Shown here in pieces: positions 21,230-34,819 of a DNA stretch of 64,000 nucleotides. The notes beneath the pieces are model-generated. The model saw only the letters and a list, made by a program, of their open reading frames with translations. It did no database searches and was not told where the DNA came from. The stretch is from Prorocentrum cordatum (Eukaryota): positions 62,001 to 126,000 of the forward strand of contig CAUYUJ010000270.1 of NCBI GenBank assembly GCA_963575745.1, read 5' to 3'. Positions within the stretch are counted from its first letter, which is position 1; each line of letters opens with the position of its first letter. The position numbers and the translations under genes are program-made.

Positions 21230-24200
21230 TAGAGAGCTTCCTCTTCCAACCCCGTTCCTCCCCTTCGGGGAAGGGTTTACTTACCCCTCCCCCCGACCCT
21301 CTCCCCTGGACCTGGACGCGGCGCCCCGCGAGGTGTCAGAGGGTACTTCTTCGCCCAAGATGGCTACAAGAGGGCCTCACAAGATGGCTCAGGATAGCCC
21401 GAGACGCCTCAAGTCGGCTCCCAAGATGCTCCAAGAGGCCACAAGAACGGTTCAAGATGGCTCCAAGAGGCCTCCGAGACCTCCAAGGAGGCCTCCAAGA
21501 AGCCAGAATCCTTCCAACACCTGGGAAACATCCATGTGTATTGCTTGCTCGCCTTTTCGCTTCTGATGGCGATTCGAGGCCTCAAGATATCTCCAAGATG
21601 GCCCAAGAGGGCCCAGGAGAGACCCAAGAGAGCCCCAAGACGGCTCTAAGAGCGCCCAAGAGCGCTCCAAGAGCGCCAGAAGAGGCGACTTTTGGGGCTC
21701 CCCAGGGAGGGGGCGGGGGGCGGCGAATTAGGAAATCCCTCTTATTTCATCGATCTCCTCCAAGATGGCCCCCAAGAGCGCTCCTAAGGATCCCAAGAAC
21801 GCCCCAACATTGCCCCAAGAGGCGCCCAGACGGCCCCAAGAGGCGTCCAGGAAACCTCCAAGAAGCTTCCAGGAGACCCCCGGGAGGCCTCAAGAGGATG
21901 TCCGAGGCACCCAAGACGCTCAAAGACGGCCTTGGGCTCGCCAAGATGCCCCTCCTCCTCCTCCTCCTCCTCCTCCTCCTCCTCCTCCTCCTCCTCCTCC
22001 TTCTCCTCGTCCACTGTCTCTTCCTCCTTCCTCCTCTTCGCCCTCCTCCTCCTCCTTCTCCTCCACCATCTTTCTCCTTTAGGGTATCGGACGGCTTCCC
22101 CCGCCCTTTGTTCATCTGCGTGTTCCCCCACTTCCCTGATCGCCTCAACTCCCCTGGGCATCGTTTCTGGAAAGGCTGGCGGGGATACTTTTTAGTCAGC
22201 GGCCGCAGGCGAGCGCGCCAGCGGCGAGTCCAGTCAGAGCGGGGCGTCCAAAGACGAATTAACCCAAAGCGGTGGGCCGGAGCCTCACGCAGCACCTCAG
22301 CGGCCGAGCCGACGAGTGGGAAAAGGCTGGCGGTAAACTGACGAGCGGTACTGCCACGGTGCACGCATGCAACGCGTCGGAAGCAGCTAACGGCCAGGGT
22401 GACCAGCGTCCAAGGACTGCTGCTGACGTGGGAATTAGTTGCAAGGGCGCAGGCCCCCGGACTACTACGAAGGTGCCAGGGTGGCCGCAGCCAAGTGAAC
22501 CGACTGTCGTAGCTGGTGGGGATTCTTTTTAGTCAGCGGCCGCGGGCGAGCGCGCCGGCGGCGAGTCCAGTCAAAGCGGGGCACGCAGCGACGAATTCAC
22601 CTGAAGCAGCGGAGTGTGGCCTCGCCTACACCGGCTAAACGGGGCCTCGCGCAGCAGCTCAACGGCGGACAGGCGAGTGGAGGGGGCAGCTTAAACTGAG
22701 TCGTACTGCCAGCGTGCAGGTATGCATGGCGTCGGAAACACCAGGAAGCCGGGACAAACGACGACCAGGGTCAGAAGCCGAGGATTAATGCATGGGCGCG
22801 AACCCTGGACAACTGGGCGCGTACCACAGTAGCCGCAGCCAGAAGGACCGTCGGTCAAGGTCGAATTGATGCCGAAAAGGGCGAGAGCGTTGGCAGGCTG
22901 CGAGAACCCAGGGTGGCCGAAGCCGCACAGTCGCTGGTGGGGATACGTTTTTTTTGTCGCCGCGAGCGAAAGCGCAGGCGGCGAACAGGGTGTCCGGGTC
23001 GACGGGCAAACCTAATTAGCTGCAAGGCGCAGCGCGAGCCGGCCGGGCCAGCCCTCAAAGGCAGCAGCCGTGGCAACGGCGGCGCGGGGCTGGCTGGCTA
23101 AACTGCAACGCCCAGGGAAGCTCGAGCATCATGCAGACCTGTGGCAAAATGCAAGGGAATTCTGAGTAGCGCCGCGGCGCCAGTCCACCACGGTGTAGGT
23201 GCAATGACGAGGCAGGCAGAGAGTGGCCTACACTCACTATCCGCACAGACACTGTAGTGGGGAAGGGCTAGGTACACACTGGTCATGTCGCCAGAGGGCG
23301 CCAAGGGCCAGGGCCGCGTCGACGGCGTAAACCTGCCTGGTCGGCTGGGACGGGTCGAGGATGGAAGCACAGCGTCCGACGGAAGGCTGGACCACTCCGA
23401 GACGCCACACACGTATCCTGTGGTGGGCGCCAGTCCCGAGCAAGCAGCCACGAACCGGCCAGGGAAGCGATGGCGTCCTGTGGGCCCGGCTCCTGGTCAC
23501 GACGTGAGCGCCGAAGAAAACCGCGTATTGCGCGGAAAACAAGCCTGACTGGCGGGGATGGACGTCGCCAGCACGGCAGATAGTGTGGGCACCAGGGGGC
23601 GACAGCGCCAGGGGCCGATCACCCACATTGCGATGGCTGGTGGGGATACTCTTTTTTTTTACAGCCGCAGGCGGAAGCGCCAGCGGCAGGCGGTCACGGT
23701 CGGGCTGCGGCCGCGACAAGGGGGGCGGGCGCGCGCGGAGCCGCGGTCAGGCGGCAGGCAGCAGCGACCCAGGGCGTCTGAGCCAAGGCGTGCGTATCCA
23801 GGGAGTCTGCAGGGCAGCCCCTGAAAGGAACATGCAACGGCGCATCCAGGGAGTCTGAACAGGCACCGAGGAAGCCGAGCGCAGCCAAAATGGCGCGTAA
23901 GGCGTTCCCAACAGTTCGAGTAAGAACGGGTGGGGAATGGTCCCGAGCGGGACGTCAATTCAGGGAGTCTGACGGGTAGGCACAGACTGCCTGGTGACAC
24001 AGTCCAGCGGGGAAGCCCTGACGGCGGCAGCGGACCATCGCGACGTCAGAACACGCATCCAGAGAGTGGAACAAAGTAGCCAGGGAAAGAACCTTCCACA
24101 ACTGAGATGCGCCTGAACCCTTAACCAGCGACTGGTAAGGGCAACGCAACGTGCACAAAGCCACACGGTGGAGACACGGGTAGCTGGGAGTGCACCACCA

Positions 24201-24284
24201 AAGTGACTCAGCGCCACACATACGCGTGTAGAGTAGCACCCGAGGGACGGGAGCTGGTGGGGATACGCGAAGCGTCAACAATTC
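21230..24284 (+). mobile_element. Same family with four stacked cassettes separated by GCTGGTGGGGATAC
   Basis: Motif at 22175, 22512, 22933 and 23636, each followed by a T-run, and at 24253 followed by GCGAAGCGTCAACAATT. Confidence 0.55.
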
Positions 24285-24499
24285 AACCTCCGAGGGGTTG
24301 CAACCTAACTCCCCCGATTGAAATAATAATCGAACATCGAGGATGGAGCAGGTTGGAAAGAGTTCTGCTACGATTCTCTGCTCCTGGGGGCCGTTTCTGG
24401 CCCTGAGGCCGTCAGAAGTTGGAACAGCGTGAATGACTTACCAAGATGCGCGGGAGGAGGGGTCTGGGGGGCCTGGTGATGAGAGGATCTTGCAACGTA

Positions 24500-26960
24500 A
24501 GGAGGAGGAGCAGGAGGAGGAGGAAGAGGAGGAGGAGACTGCCGCTGCCACAGGCCTTCTCGTACCCTCCATGGGTATCGCCCTGTGCCTTACTAGGACC
24601 TACAAGCACTTGGGGAAGTGTCAAGATCAGCACAAGAGCTCGCGCATCGTTGTCATCAGCAGCGGCCCCCCTCTGGGAGTGCTGAAGCGCACGGTTTCTC
24701 CCAGGAAGCAGGTAGATCTTAAAGGCAAGCTGATGTATGTTGTTTCTCTCTGCTCGTCGCAGTTGCTCTTTGCTGCCTTGAGTTGGCCACGCCTCAACAT
24801 CATTAAGCAGCACAACTACTTGAATCCCTTTAGGTAGGCAGCTAAGCTTGGATATGACTCCGTAGCGGGCGACGCTGCTCCGGACCATAGCGTGCCCATT
24901 GCCTGCTGCATTTTGCCTGTTGACCTGATATTAAGGTTGGGGACATTGCGATTCCTGCCCAGGTTCCTCCGATCGGCGCCTCAGTGCTTGTTGGCCTTGC
25001 TTGATGAGACTCGCCCCAACCCAGACTCCTGGACAGCCCTGTGCTGCGAGGATCTGGAGTGGCCGGGAATGCATATGAATCGTGACAAGGAGCACCTCCC
25101 CACAGGTCCACCATCTTGGTGGATTTAGATGCTGAGGGCCAACTTCGGGAAGAAGTTCTGACGGCAGGCCGAGAGCGCTGCCAGGTCGAAGTTCCTAGAC
25201 GACCAGCGTCATGAGGAACTCAGGGAGAGATTGAGGCGGTCCTGTGCGTCCAAGGGTCTTGTTCCGCCTGGCTTCCTTCGGCCGCCGCCAGCGGAGGCTT
25301 TGCATCCCTGCCTGGACTGCGGGGCGGTGTTGGCAACCAAAGGGTGAACGGGCCTCCCATCGCTCTAAATGCCACCCCAACTTGGACCCAGCTCCCATGT
25401 ATGTATCTGCCACCATATGGCTTGCTTGCGGCATGAGCTTTCGCACGCATTTAAGACTACTCAAACATGTCAGGCACGGATCGTCAAAATGTTCGGCCGA
25501 CATTACGGCCCCACCGAATGGCCCCGCTTGAGAGGCGCTGCCGCCTCTATTGGCCTCCCGACTATAGTGGACCAAATCTCTTGTCAGGCTGTGAGTGGAC
25601 AGGTGGAAACACAAACACACACACACAAATACTTTGACCCCCCTTCCCCAGCTACACTGCACTCTCTCTCTCTCTCTATATACACAAATATAGCTATTAT
25701 CCGTGACGCCCCCAGAAGGGAAGGCGATGTCCAGGCATGCCTGGAGAATGCGAGTGCCATAGCGGGTAGCGATTGTGTAGTGTTTTCTCTGAACCTCCTC
25801 GAGAGTTTCCGGAATGACCCCGAGGATTTTAGAAGCGATGTCAGACTTATCGCGGTATGAATCCTGACTGGTAAAGTAGTGGGGCTCTTTGCAGACCCCC
25901 CGCAAACCTCGTGGGACCCCGCCCCCCGTTGCAAAGTCAAGGGAGGGGGAAGAGAAGAACTCTGAGGAGCTGTGAAGAGCAGTGGGGCATCTCTGCTAGG
26001 TCGCCCTCCGAAAGGAAGCGCCTAGAGCTTGAGAGCGCGTGCCTTCGTGCAGCGATAGAGCTTGCATGGTGCTCGGCCTCCTCGGGGCTGGCGGCACTAG
26101 TAGCATTGAGACCCCTCGTCCAACATGCTCATCACCCGTGCGTATGGAATGCCCCCGAAGTCAGTTGTGTGCGCTCTTTTTGGCGGCCGTGCCTCCGACG
26201 CTCTCGTCGAGCTGTGTGCCAATCGGGAACTGTCAATGCCTTGTGTTGAACGCTGCACATGCAATTCCACCCCCAGGCAGCAGCCAGGTGACTACCACTT
26301 TGCTGCTGTGATCGCCGCAGCCGTCTCGACTTGCTGTGCCCCCATGCCTCTTGGGGATGCATGGCTAGAGACTGACGTTGCCAATTTGTACTTCCCTCTG
26401 GATTTGTATTGCGAGGGGGACTGAGGATGGCCGCCATTGCTTCATTTGTTCTCTCTGTCTCTGCTTTGCCTCTCTCACCGCTCACGCTGCATGTGTGGAC
26501 ACGTCTGCAAGGTTGTGGGAAGAAGAAAGAGCAGGTGGGTTGTCAAGTTTTGTTTCGAGGACCCAAGGGCGCCCCAATACAAATACTTGATCGTCGGTGT
26601 TGGCTGTGGTTGTTGTGCGCCCACCGGCCAGTGCAGGCGATCCCTGTCGAGGGTCTTGCTGCCGCCAGCGTGCTTGTTGGGGACGCCGTCTTCCTTCCTG
26701 TTGGTGGCTGGCCATCAGGAAAGCGCCTGCCGCCAGGAGCAGAGCGCAGCTCTTTCTCTTGGGGATCTTGCCGCCGCCAGCCCCGGGCAACTTGCCGATG
26801 CTCCTGAGGACGGCGGGGGGGGCATCAGCATCGGGCATGCGACCGCGGGCGCGCGCGCCGAGGGCGAAATGGCTGAGCGCGCACCTGGGGATGTGCGCGG
26901 ACCAGCGGCCTCCACTTTGCCGCGGGCAACATGGAGACCTTGAGCCAAAATGGATACGGA
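24500..26960 (-). pseudogene. SL-headed, intronless, decayed insert (candidate retrocopy or non-autonomous retroelement); product unknown
   Basis: Starts with the SL relic and has (CCT)n tracts at both ends (26961-27004, 24500-24538). It is unique sequence with short broken ORFs and no recognised domain. Confidence 0.5.
26939..26960 (-). other. Relict dinoflagellate spliced leader (full 22 nt)
   Basis: TCCGTATCCATTTTGGCTCAAG matches DCCGTAGCCATTTTGGCTCAAG at 21 of 22 positions. Confidence 0.92.
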
Positions 26961-27479
26961 GGAGGGGGAGAAGGAGGAGGAGGAGGAGGAGGAGGCTGAG
27001 GAGGTGGGACCGTGAAGAGAATACGAGCACTCGAATTTCGCTAGCAATCTACCTCACCAACTCCTTGAACCCCGTCAGCCCTTTAGAGCGTATGTGGTCT
27101 AGGGCGGCTTCTCTTCCAACCCCCTTCCCTCCCCTTCGGGAAAGGGTATACCCCTTCCCCAACCCCCTCCCCTGGACCTGGACGGGGGGCTTCGCGAAGG
27201 GTTGGAGCGCCCAAGGTGGCCCAAGATGACTCCAAGAGCGCCTGGGAGAGCCCAAGATGGACTCCAAGATGGCTCAAGATAGCGCAAAGTGGCTAAAGAT
27301 GACTTCCAACATGCTCCCGGAGGCTCCAAGACTGCCCCAAGACGGCTCCAAGTGGCCCCAAAGGGAAGCTAATTCAAGCTCCCATCTTTTCCCGGGAAGG
27401 GCGCGGGACCAAGGTTCTCTATTCGGAACTCACATCCAGAAACGACGAACGCAGGGCCGGCGGAATTACTTGCGGTAGA

Positions 27480-28050
27480 TAACACGGTCGCGCAGGGCTG
27501 GCGGAATTGAATGTTGAGAATGTCCCTAGCGAAACGCTGGTGTTGCAGAAAGTGTCGAGAATTTCTAGAGCGAAGCGTTTGTTTTTTGTATAGATTGTCC
27601 TCCCCAGGGGACCAGAATTCAGAGGATCTCTCAAGTGAAATGCTTGTTTCCACGTGCCCAGGTCTTGAGGATGTCTCGAGCGAGACGCTTGGTTTCACGC
27701 GTCCAGGTTGCCCAGGCGGATGTCTACCAGGAGGATTTGTTGAGGATCTATCGAGCGAGACGCTTGTTTTCACGCGCCCAGGTCGCCCAGGCGGATGTCT
27801 TGCACGAGGATGTGTTGAGGAAGTCTCGGTCGAGACGCTTGTGTGCACGTGTCCAGGCTGCCCTGGCGGATGTCTAGAATGAGGATGTGTTGAGAGTGTC
27901 TTGAGCGAGACACTTGTTTTCACGTGTCCAGGTCGCCCAGGTCGATGTCTAGCATGATGATGTGTTGAGTTCACGCGCCAAGTCACCCAGGCGGACGTTT
28001 AACATGAAGATATGTTGAGGATGTCTCGAGCAAACCACTTGTTTTCATGT
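27480..28050. repeat. Tandem repeat, ~65-75-bp unit (GAGGATGTGTTGAGGATGTCTCGAGCGAGACGCTTGTTTTCACGTGTCCAGG...)
   Basis: About eight degenerate units. Related units at 32200-32320 and 41930-42100. Confidence 0.85.
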
Positions 28051-28079
28051 GTCCATGTCAATCCGCCGAACCCTTGGGG

Positions 28080-31000
28080 TCACGGCGTGTGAGATGCTTC
28101 CCCCTCCCCAAACCCCTCCCCTGGGGGTCCAGCCGGTTTGGGAGAGGGGGGGAGGGGCAAAGGTGTCGGCCGCACACTTGGAGCCTCAAGAGGCCTCAAA
28201 ACGGGCCAAAAAGGTTCAAAAGGGTCCCGGAACGGTCCAAGAGAGCTGCGAGTCGACGAAAAATCGTTCCCAAACGCCGAAGATTGCCTCCTGACGGCCC
28301 CATCAGCCCTCAAGACTCTTGAACAACTATTACGAGGCACCCCACGAAGGCCCTCCAAAAGCAAAAATCGTGCCTTTTCCCAAGGGAAAACGTACATTTT
28401 CAGCACACTCGCCTTTTGGTCTTCCACGCGGCCCAGAACGGGCCAAAACCCTCCAACATCGACCCTTCACAGCCCAAGAGGCTCCCAAAAAGGCCCCGCG
28501 ACGGCTTTCAGGCGAGCCACGAAGGCTCCAGAAACCATAGCAACTCCCGGGACAGCCGCAGGACGGTCCCAAGAGGGCTGAAAACGGGCCCACAAGGTCC
28601 CGAAAAGGAAGGCGATTCGGTCCAAACCGCCCAAGATTGCCTCCAGACGGCCCCTCAGGCCCCAAAGACGTTTGAAAACGCGTCCACGAGGCGGTCCAAA
28701 AGAGCCTCCAGAAGCAAAAACCGTCCCATTCCCGCAGGAAAACATACATTTGCCCCCAAGAGGCTTTTAAAAAGGCTCCACGACGGCTTCCGGGTGCACC
28801 ACGAAGGCCTCAGAAACCACAGCAACGGCCCAGGACAGTCGCAGGACTGTCCCACGAGAGCCCCACAACGGGCCAAAAGGGACCCCAAAAGGCCTTCTGG
28901 ACGGCCCACAGGGGACGATTCGGTCCAAACCGCCCCAGCTTGCCTGCAGACGATTCCCCATAGGGCAAAAATCGCCCCATTCCTCAGCGCATTCGCCTCT
29001 TGGGCTTCCACGAGGCCTATAACGGCCCAAGAAGCATCCAACATCGACCCCCTACAACCCTAAAGGGTTTCAAGAGGGTTCCGACGGCCTCCGGGCGCCC
29101 CACGAAGCCCCAGAAACCATAGCAACGGCCCCAGAGAGCCGCAAGACGGTCCCAAGAGGGCCCCAAGACGGGCCACGAGGGTTCTGAATAGGCCTCCTGG
29201 TCGGCCCAAGTCGTTCAAGGGTGCCTTAAGTCGTCCAACATTGCCTCCCGACAGCCCTACAGGCCCCCAAGACGCCTCAAGACGCTACCCAGAAGCGTCC
29301 CAAGAGGCCTTCCAGAAGCGACGACCGCCCCATTCTCGATGGAAAGCACATTTCCAACGCGTTCGCCTCTTGGCCTGTCACGCGGCCCCTGAGACCCCTT
29401 GCGCGCCCCGACACGCCACAAGGATGCGGCCCAAGAGGCCCTCCACAAGCAAACATCGGCCACAGCAACCCCAGAACTCCCCAAATCAATTCAAGGAAAC
29501 TCCATATGCCCCCAAGAGGAATCCCAGACGGCCCAAAAGGTCCCCAAGAGGGCCCCAGCAGCCACCGAGGAGGGCCCCAGGACGGCCCCAAGGGGCTCCC
29601 CCGACGGCCCCAAATGGCTACGACTCGTGAAGAGATCGCTCCAAGACGTCCGACACTGCCTCCGGATGGCCCCGGAAGCCCCTAGCGCGCCCCGACGCGC
29701 CACCAGGACGCGTCCCAAGAGGCTCCCAGAAGCAAACCTCGGCCCGTTCCCAAAAGGGAGCGCCCAAGTTTAGCACTTTCACTTCTTGGCCTGTCACGCG
29801 GCTCACAGCAGCCTCAAAAAGCCCCCCGAACCAACCCAAGGAAACCCCATATGCCTCCAAGAAGGCTCCCAGACGGCCCAAAAAGGCTCCAAGAGGGCCC
29901 CCGAATCCACCAAGGAAGGCCCCAGGACCGAAACCCCGAGAGAGCGCCACTCGGCACCAAAGAGACCCCTACGGGGTTTCACGATGCACCCGAGAGATCC
30001 CGGGACCCCGAGGCTACATTTCGACGACGAAAACCATGAGAAACATGACAAGACGAAGACCCAGTGACAAAATTCTTCTCTTGCCCTCACGCAAAACCCG
30101 TGGGGCAGCAGTCAGAGTAAGCAGCGACAGTCCTGCTGCCAACATGCCCACGGAACGCGACGAGGCACCAGGCCCACGGCCTTGCCACGCCCAGAGCGGA
30201 CAGTTCTCCAAGATAGGACACACCCCGGGGAGAAAGGCAGGGGCAGCTGGAAGAACGAAAAGGAGGGCGCAGCAGGAGGGGCGAGAAAGAGGACGCCGTC
30301 GACGTCGCCGCCGCCGAGGTCCATTTTTGCTTTCGGGCTTTCATTCACAGCCGCAGGACGGTTTCAAGAAGGCCTCGCAATTGGCCAAGAGGGTCCCCCA
30401 AAACCTCCTGGACGGCCCACGAGAACTACGAGTCGAATGCCTCCTGGCGGTCCCACAGGCCCCCAAGACGGCCCAAGAAACCGCTCGGAGACGTCCCAAG
30501 AGGCTTTCCAAAAGCAGAAAGCGTGCTATTTCCCATGGACAACATACATTTCCAGCGCGTTCGCCTCTTCGGGTTTCACGAGGCCCACAACAGCCCACGA
30601 AGCCTTCCAGATCGACCCAACACGACCCCAAAAGGCTGTCAAAAGGGCTCCAAGACAGCCCAAATTGGCGCCAAGAGGCCCCAGAAGCCACCAAACCACC
30701 CCAGGGCGGACCCCTCAAAGCCCCCAAATGGGTCCCACAAGGCTCCCCCGACGGCTCCAGAGTGCAAGCTCCGACTCGTGAGGAAATCGCTCCTAGACGC
30801 CCGCAATTGCCTCCAACTGACCCCTGAGGCCCCCTAGACGCCCCAACACGCCACCAGGGCACGTCCCAAGAGGCCCGACAAAACCAAACCTCAGCCCCTT
30901 CCCGAAGGGAAACGTCAAAGTTTGACACATTCGCTTCTTGAGCTTTCACGAGACCCGCAGCAGCCAAAACAAAAACAAATCAGCCCAAAAACACCCGCAT

Positions 31001-31270
31001 GACTCCAAGAAGGGTCCCAGACGGCACGAACGGGCCCCAGCTGGGCCCCCGAAGCCACAGGGGAGAGTCCCAGGACGGCCCCAAGAGGGTAAGAGGGGAA
31101 ACCCGAATGGAGAATTCGAGCACATCGCCCCGAGAGAACATGAAAGGGCCCCTAAATGCACCCAAGAGGCCCTGACGGGGATCCACAATGCCCCCGAATG
31201 ACCCCGGGGCCCAGAGGCGGCCCTTCGACGACGAAAGCCACGAAACAAACTAAAAAGATCAAGACTCTGC
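28080..31270. repeat. Strand-biased CCAAGA/GGCCCC-rich complex satellite with higher-order repeats
   Basis: Recurring CCCAAGAGG, ACGGCCC, TTCGCCTCTT. Block ~29250-30040 recurs at ~30440-31250. Confidence 0.75.
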
Positions 31271-32329
31271 AACAGAAGCCTTCTCTTTCCCCACGCAGAA
31301 ATGGTTCGCCATGGGCCCCCCGGACCATTCCCGGAATCCAGTCGCAACCGTGTTCCCACATGCATCCAGCCGCGGCGACGGGGGAGGGGCCCAGAACCCC
31401 TCCCGAACCACAGCAAACCTCCCAAGTTCGACGGGCTACTCCGCATAAGTTCGTTCCCCGAACCTCTCCCCGGGTCCGCCGATGCAAATTCTCGCCCCTG
31501 GTCCGTCCGGCTTTGAAAGTCCCGGGGCCCAGCAACGGCCCCCCGAGACCGAAACCGATCAAAAACAAAAGCTGTTCAAACAAAAAACCCTGGAAAGAAG
31601 GGAGAAGGACGAGGAAGAGGAGGAGGACGAGGACAACAAATAAGATGATTTCGTCGTCGCCGCCGATGTCTCGCAGATTTTCGTGGTCTTTCGACCACCC
31701 GAGACACCTCCACGAATTCAGCCTCCAGGGACCATTTTCGGGTGCCCGGGACCACCGCCGAGGTTCCGGGATGAGGATCGACCTCCTGGCCGGTGCCACC
31801 CCTTCGCAAAGGAAGGAACATGGGATGGATCGAGGCTCGAGGCATGAGACTCCTAGTTCTTGGGCGCTCCGCCCCCTCTGGGCCTTAGGAAGCTCCTCGT
31901 CGACACAGCTGGGTCCACTCTCGAGCTTCTGGCCCGACGCACCCCCAGCTGGGTCTCACCGATCCCCGAACCTATCCTGGGGGTGGAAAAGGAGGCCCCG
32001 TGAAGGCCCCAAGAAACGCACAGAAGACCACGAAGAACTTCAAAACAAACCCCTACAAGGCCTATACTTGAACTCGACTCGCTACGTAGGACAGGCCGAA
32101 ACCCCAAGATTGGCCAGCGATCGCGCGCGCTCCGCGAATTCAGTCTTTCACTCTGGCTGCCGCCGCAAGGGGTCGGTGGTGCGGCGTAAGCCAATGAATC
32201 ATGAGGATGTGTTGCGGATGCGTTACGCGAAACGCTTGTTTTCACGTGTCCAGCTCGCCCACGCGGATGTCTAGCATGAGGATGTGGGCAGGATGCCTCG
32301 AGCGAAACGCTTGTCCCCAACACGTTCCG

Positions 32330-33850
32330 TAGCGCGTCCCCTTGACACGTCCCGCGGTGCGTCCCCTATGGCACATCCCCTGGCACGTCGCCTGGCGCGT
32401 CCCTCGGGACGTTCTGCGGCGCGTCCTCCTGGCATGTCCCCTCTCAATTAGGTTTGGGGCAGCTCCTATGTGCTCGGGCAGCCCGAGCGAAAAAATCCGG
32501 ATCAGTTCGGTCAGGACTCGGATGCAAAGGAGGACTCGGTCCACAACTCTATAGAGCACAATTGCGGCATGGCACATCGCAACTCTGCACGGCGCAGCAC
32601 AGCACAGCCCTTGGCACGATACATCAAGATCGATACCCTCAACATGGCAACCTGGCACGTTCTGTGGCACGTTCCGTGGCGCGTCCCGTGGCGAGTCCCC
32701 ATGGCACGTCACGCGACACGTCCATTGGCACGTCCCGTGGCATGTCCCGTAGCGCGTCCCCTTGACACGGGCGCGTCCTTCGGGTCGTTCCACGGCGCGT
32801 CCCCCTGGCATATCCCCCGTGTCCCCTTGATACTTAGCTTTGGGGCAGCTCCTATGTGCAGAGACAGCACGAGCTTAGGATCCAGATCAGTTCGGTCAGG
32901 ACTCGGATGCACAGGAGGACTCGACCTACAACGCTATAGAGCACAATCGCGGCATGACACATCGCAACTCTGCACGGCGCAGCACAGCACAGCCCTTGGC
33001 ACGATACATCAAGATCGATACACTCAACATGGCAACCTGGCACGTTCTGTGGCACGCTCCGTGGCGCGTCCCGTGGCGAGTCCCCATGGCACGTCACGCG
33101 ACACGTCCATTGGCACGTCCATTGGCATGTCCTGTAGCGCGTCCCCTTGGCACTGGTGCGTCCTTTGGGTTGTTCCACGGCGCGTCCCCCTGGCATATCA
33201 CCCTGTCACTTAGCTTTGGGACAGCTCCTGTGTGCAGAGACAGCTCGAGCTTAAGATCCAGATAAGTTCGGTCAGGACTCGGATGCACAGGAGGACTCGA
33301 CCTACAACGCTATAGAGCACAATCGCGGCATGACACATCGCAACTCTGCACGGCGCAACACAGCACAGCCCTTGGCACGATACATCCCGATACATCAAGA
33401 TCGATACATTCAACATGGCAACCTGGCACGTTCTGTGGCGCGTCCCGTGGCGAGTCCGCATGGCACGTCGCGCGGCGCGTCCCCTGGCGCGTCCCGTGGC
33501 ACGTCCATTGGCACGTTCCGTAGCGCGTCCCCTTGGCACGTCCCGCGGTGCGTCCCCATGGCACGTCCACTGGCATGACCCCTTGCGCGTCCCTTGGGAC
33601 GTTCCTCGGCGCGTCCCCCTGGCGTGCCCCCCTGTCAAGTAGCCCTGGGGCAGCTACCATGTGCTCAGAGAGCTCGAGCTTAAGATCCAGATCAATTCGG
33701 TCAGGACTCGGATGCAAAGGAGGACTCGATCCACAACGCTATAGAACACAATCGCGGCACAGCACATCGCAGTTCAATACGGCGCAGCACAGCACAACCC
33801 TTGGCACGATACGTCAAACTCGATACACCCAACATTGCAATTGCCCGTCG
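32330..33850. repeat. Tandem array of four ~380-430-bp units with TGGCACGTCC sub-repeats
   Basis: TTCGGTCAGGACTCGGATGCA.AGGAGGACTCG recurs at ~32505, ~32890, ~33267 and ~33696. Confidence 0.9.
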
Positions 33851-34819
33851 CCCAACCACATGTCTTGAAAACGCTACCAAGCCTTAGGTTTCTAGATTCC
33901 TTTCCGGGTTTTTGGGCTGTTCGATGTCCCCCAAACTGTACCCACGAGCGCCCCTCAAGTTCCCACGAGCGCCCCAAGACGGCCCCAAGAGGCGCCCAGA
34001 CGGCCCCAAGAGGCTCCCAAAAGGCCTCCAAGAAGCCTCAAGAGGATCCCCGAGGGACCCAAGATGCTCCAAGAGGCCCCCAAGGCGCCTCGCCTGGGCA
34101 TCATTTTTGGATGGGCTGGTGGGGTTACGCGAAGCGTCTAGAATCTCACACTAATCACTGACACTCCCACACCAACGGGTTCCAGTCCAAATCTCATGCT
34201 ACCATTGATCCGCATGTCATCGGAGAGAGGGACGGAATGGGTGGAAGCGGCTGGTTCGTTCGAGCAGGCTCGATTGACTCTTCCCCAACGCGCTCCAGTC
34301 CCGATGCCTAAGTACCAACATCGACTCTTGTGTCATGGGGGGGTGGAACTGGGCGCTTCGGCCTGGCTAATCACCGCTATCCTGATCATTGTCCTGATCT
34401 TTGTCCTCGCTCTCCTTCTCTGCATCTTTATCCTGACCCTCATCCTGCTTCTCCCCCTCATGTTCCTACTCCTCCTCGTCCCCCTCCCCCCAGACATCCG
34501 ATTGACTGATTTGCCCCAGAAATCACGGCCCCTTCCCCGAACCCGCACCGATCTGCGATGACGATTGCAAACGCAGGGCGACGGAACTGTCAAATCGGGG
34601 CCTCCTCCCTCCCCCCTAGCGGTCGCGAGGCGGGGCCTGTCCCCTGCGGGAGGCCCTTGCTGGGCAAGTCCCCGACGATCTGGGACTGTCCCCCCACCCG
34701 CGAAGCGGCGGCAGCCCCGCGCGCAGGGAAAGGGCGAGGAGGAGGAGGCACACGAGGAGGAGGCGAAAAAGGGTGAGGGGAAGGAGGGGGAGGGGGAGGA
34801 ATAAAAGAGGAGTCAGGGG

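Noticed and set aside
22160..24290. CRISPR array
   Set aside because: Repeat is only 14 bp, the intervening segments are hundreds of bp and related to one another, there are no cas genes, and the context is eukaryotic.
28047..33870. Numerous 100-370-aa ORFs
   Set aside because: They arise from GC-rich satellites with few stop codons and show no domain motifs.
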